Of a stretch of 64,000 nucleotides of DNA, positions 61,706-64,000 are shown one piece after another. The position numbers and the translations under genes are program-made. This DNA is from Octopus sinensis. Taxonomy: Eukaryota. Location of the stretch: NCBI RefSeq assembly GCF_006345805.1, contig NW_021833455.1, positions 9,641 through 73,640 on the forward strand, in the 5' to 3' direction. The notes under the pieces are model-generated. The model was not told the origin of the DNA and searched no databases. It saw only the letters and a list, made by a program, of their open reading frames with translations. Position 1 is the stretch's first letter. Each line of letters starts with the position of its first letter.

Positions 61706-62837
61706 CAGTATACTTCTATCTTTTACTTGTTTCAGTCAAAGGAATCGATCCCAATTTTTTTGTTAAACCCTGGTACTTATTCTATCAGTCTTTTTTGCCA
61801 AATGGCTAAGTTATAGGGATGTAAACACACCAACACCAGCTGTTAAGCAGTGGTGGGACACACACACACACTAGGATTCTTTCAGTTTCTGTCTACCAAA
61901 TCTGCTTACAAGGCTTTGGTTAGTCTGAGGCTATAGTACAAGACTCCTGCCCAAGATGCCACACAGAGGAATTGAACCCAGGACCGTATGATTGGGAAGC
62001 AAACTAATGAAGAGAGCCCTCAACATTTTCTATCCAAAAGTGTTTATATTATTTATAGCTCTGTGTGACCTGCTTCAAGAACCACTCTTCCAAAACTGAA
62101 TTATTTCATGATCTGTTGAAAGTTTATAAAATTCTGAGGACTTCAAAAAAAAGAACAAATTTCAACAGATTTGTTTTCTTAAGAAGATCAGCAAAACAAG
62201 AAAACCTTTTATGTGCCAGTGTTAAGAATTAACCCTTTAGCATAATCTGGTGCAAATGTTCTATATGTTTTATGTTCAAAATGGCCGGGTCTGGCCTCTC
62301 AAACCTACCCTGAAATGTCATTCTAAAAATAAACAACATCATCAAAATCTTGAAGCTATGAGATAAGCCATCATTAATTCAAAACAATATGAATAAATAA
62401 GCATTATATTCCTATCTCCTCTAGGCACAAGGCCCAAAATTTTGGGGGAGGGGGTCAGTCAATTAAATTGACCCCACTACGCAACTGGTACTTAAATTAT
62501 TGACTCCGAAAGGATGAAAGGCAAAGTTGACCTTGGTGGAATTTGAACTCAGAACATAAAACCATGAAATAGCGCTAAGCATTTCACCTGGCATGCTAAT
62601 GTTTCTGTCAGCTCGTTGCCTTTATACTATAGGTGCAAAGGCAGCAAGCTGGCAGGTATGCTCAGTGCTATTTTGCCTGTCACTACATTCCGAGTTCAAA
62701 TTCCGCCAAGGTCAACCTTTGCCTTTCACTCTTTCGGGGTCGATAAATCAAGTGCCAGTGAAACACTGAGGGCTGATTTAATCAACTAGCCTTCTCCCAC
62801 AAAATTTCAGACCTACCGTAGAAAGGATTATATTATA

Positions 62838-63258
62838 GGTGCAGGCATGGCTGTGTGGTAAGTAACTTGTTTACCAACCACATGATTCCGGGTTCAGTCC
62901 CACTGCATGGCACCTTGGGCAAGTGTCTTCTACTATAGCCTTGGGTCAACCAAAGCCTTGTGAGAGGATTTGGTAGACAGAAACTGAAAGAAGCCAGTCG
63001 TATATAAATATATCTATGTGTGTGTGTGTGTGGTGTGTGTGTGTGTGTGTTTTTGTATCTCTGTTTGTTGCCCACCACGGCTTGACAACTGATGTTGGTG
63101 TATTTATGTCCTTGTAACTTAGCAGTTCGGCAAAAGAGACCAATAGCATAAATACCAGGCTTGGAAAATAAGCACTGGTGTTGATTTTATTTGACCAAAA
63201 TCTCTCCAAGGTAGCGTTCCAGGATGGCTGCAGTCTAATGACTGAAATAAATAAAAGA
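62838..63258 (+). mobile_element. SINE family B
   Basis: Full architecture. Confidence 0.88.
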
Positions 63259-63314
63259 CATTCTGACAGCGTAATCTGAATGCTAAAGAGTGAAGTATCC
63301 ATGTAACACTTTAC

Positions 63315-63379
63315 GTGGAACCTCTGTTAAGATCAATAAAAAGTCGTGTTCAGGAAGAGTGTCTCGGCTTTTTTGATGT
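63315..63379 (-). CDS. Possible upstream exon HQKSRDTLPEHDFLLILTEVP
   Basis: cttag|A ... CAC|gtaaag with one frame open. It ends in phase 1, so it does not join 58468 in the main frame without another exon. Confidence 0.3.
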
Positions 63380-64000
63380 CTAAGCTTTTAGCTAAACACA
63401 TTTATACAAGCTGTGTCACCTTTTCTGACAGGGAAGTTTTTATTTAAATGAAAAAAAAATACATTTTTCTGTTGTGTTGTTTAGGTTATATTGACATCCA
63501 CTGTTGGATATCTTTATACATTCACTCAGGAGAAGCAAATTTTTTTTAAAACAACATCCTATAAGTTGTCTGCTTCTCAATCTTAACCAGATTATGTTAT
63601 ACAATTTAGAAATCCAACTCACTGCTATTGTGTCGTAATATTGATTTCTTTCTCATTGCGCAGAATGAAGAATGAGTGAATAACATTTACGACATTCATG
63701 GGGGCATTTATTGACATTAGAAACGAAGTGAATTGGTTTCAATTAGGAACTAAAACCAACTTATGGACTCAGCTCACAAAACCCTTCTACTAATTTATAG
63801 CCTACCACCCATCGTCATGTAAAATGAGTCTGATCCCATTCAGCAGTCAGCTCGCAGCCGATTTCCAGTTATAATTTATGATCTATGTTTACTCATTTTA
63901 TAGGTTTCAGACATTTGGCTCTGGCCATGCTGGAACAACACCTTCAAGGGGTCTTTTTTTAATCATTGTCAACCCCAGTATTTTTTCTGGTACTTGTTTT

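Noticed and set aside
8968-63302. Many listed ORFs rich in IYIY, CVCV, HTHT, NNNN or LLLL, or containing GFFQFPSTK / FLQLDALPNANH
   Set aside because: They are translations of microsatellites, SINE B and RTE tails, not genes.

Overview
AT-rich, repeat-saturated eukaryotic DNA, most likely from an octopod cephalopod. That call is an inference from the SINE, RTE and microsatellite landscape. There are no prokaryotic features and no CRISPR array. The backbone is the 3' part of one unidentified multi-exon gene on the minus strand. Seven phase-compatible GT-AG exons run from 58468 down to a stop at 11336 and give about 207 aa, followed by a long SINE-free probable 3'UTR. The introns hold a frameshifted mariner, a near-intact 5.1-kb RTE-clade LINE (APE, RT, PHD-like finger) with tandem 600-bp 5' monomers, dozens of tRNA-derived SINEs and RTE 3' tails, and piggyBac-, hAT-, mariner- and Merlin/hAT-like MITEs. 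The best candidate for something new is a short element present at three loci. It joins a tRNA-like Pol III head to a tail with a minimal type I hammerhead ribozyme of the Penelope-like-element (PLE) kind, and each copy carries an inverted, 5'-truncated copy of its own tail. A second tRNA-headed fold-back element and several older hammerhead-like remnants suggest this design recurs. Other oddities are fold-back palindromes that extend into flanking DNA and a 15-unit CRE/ETS-like minisatellite. All calls were made by eye, with no database search or folding run. Repeat boundaries are approximate.
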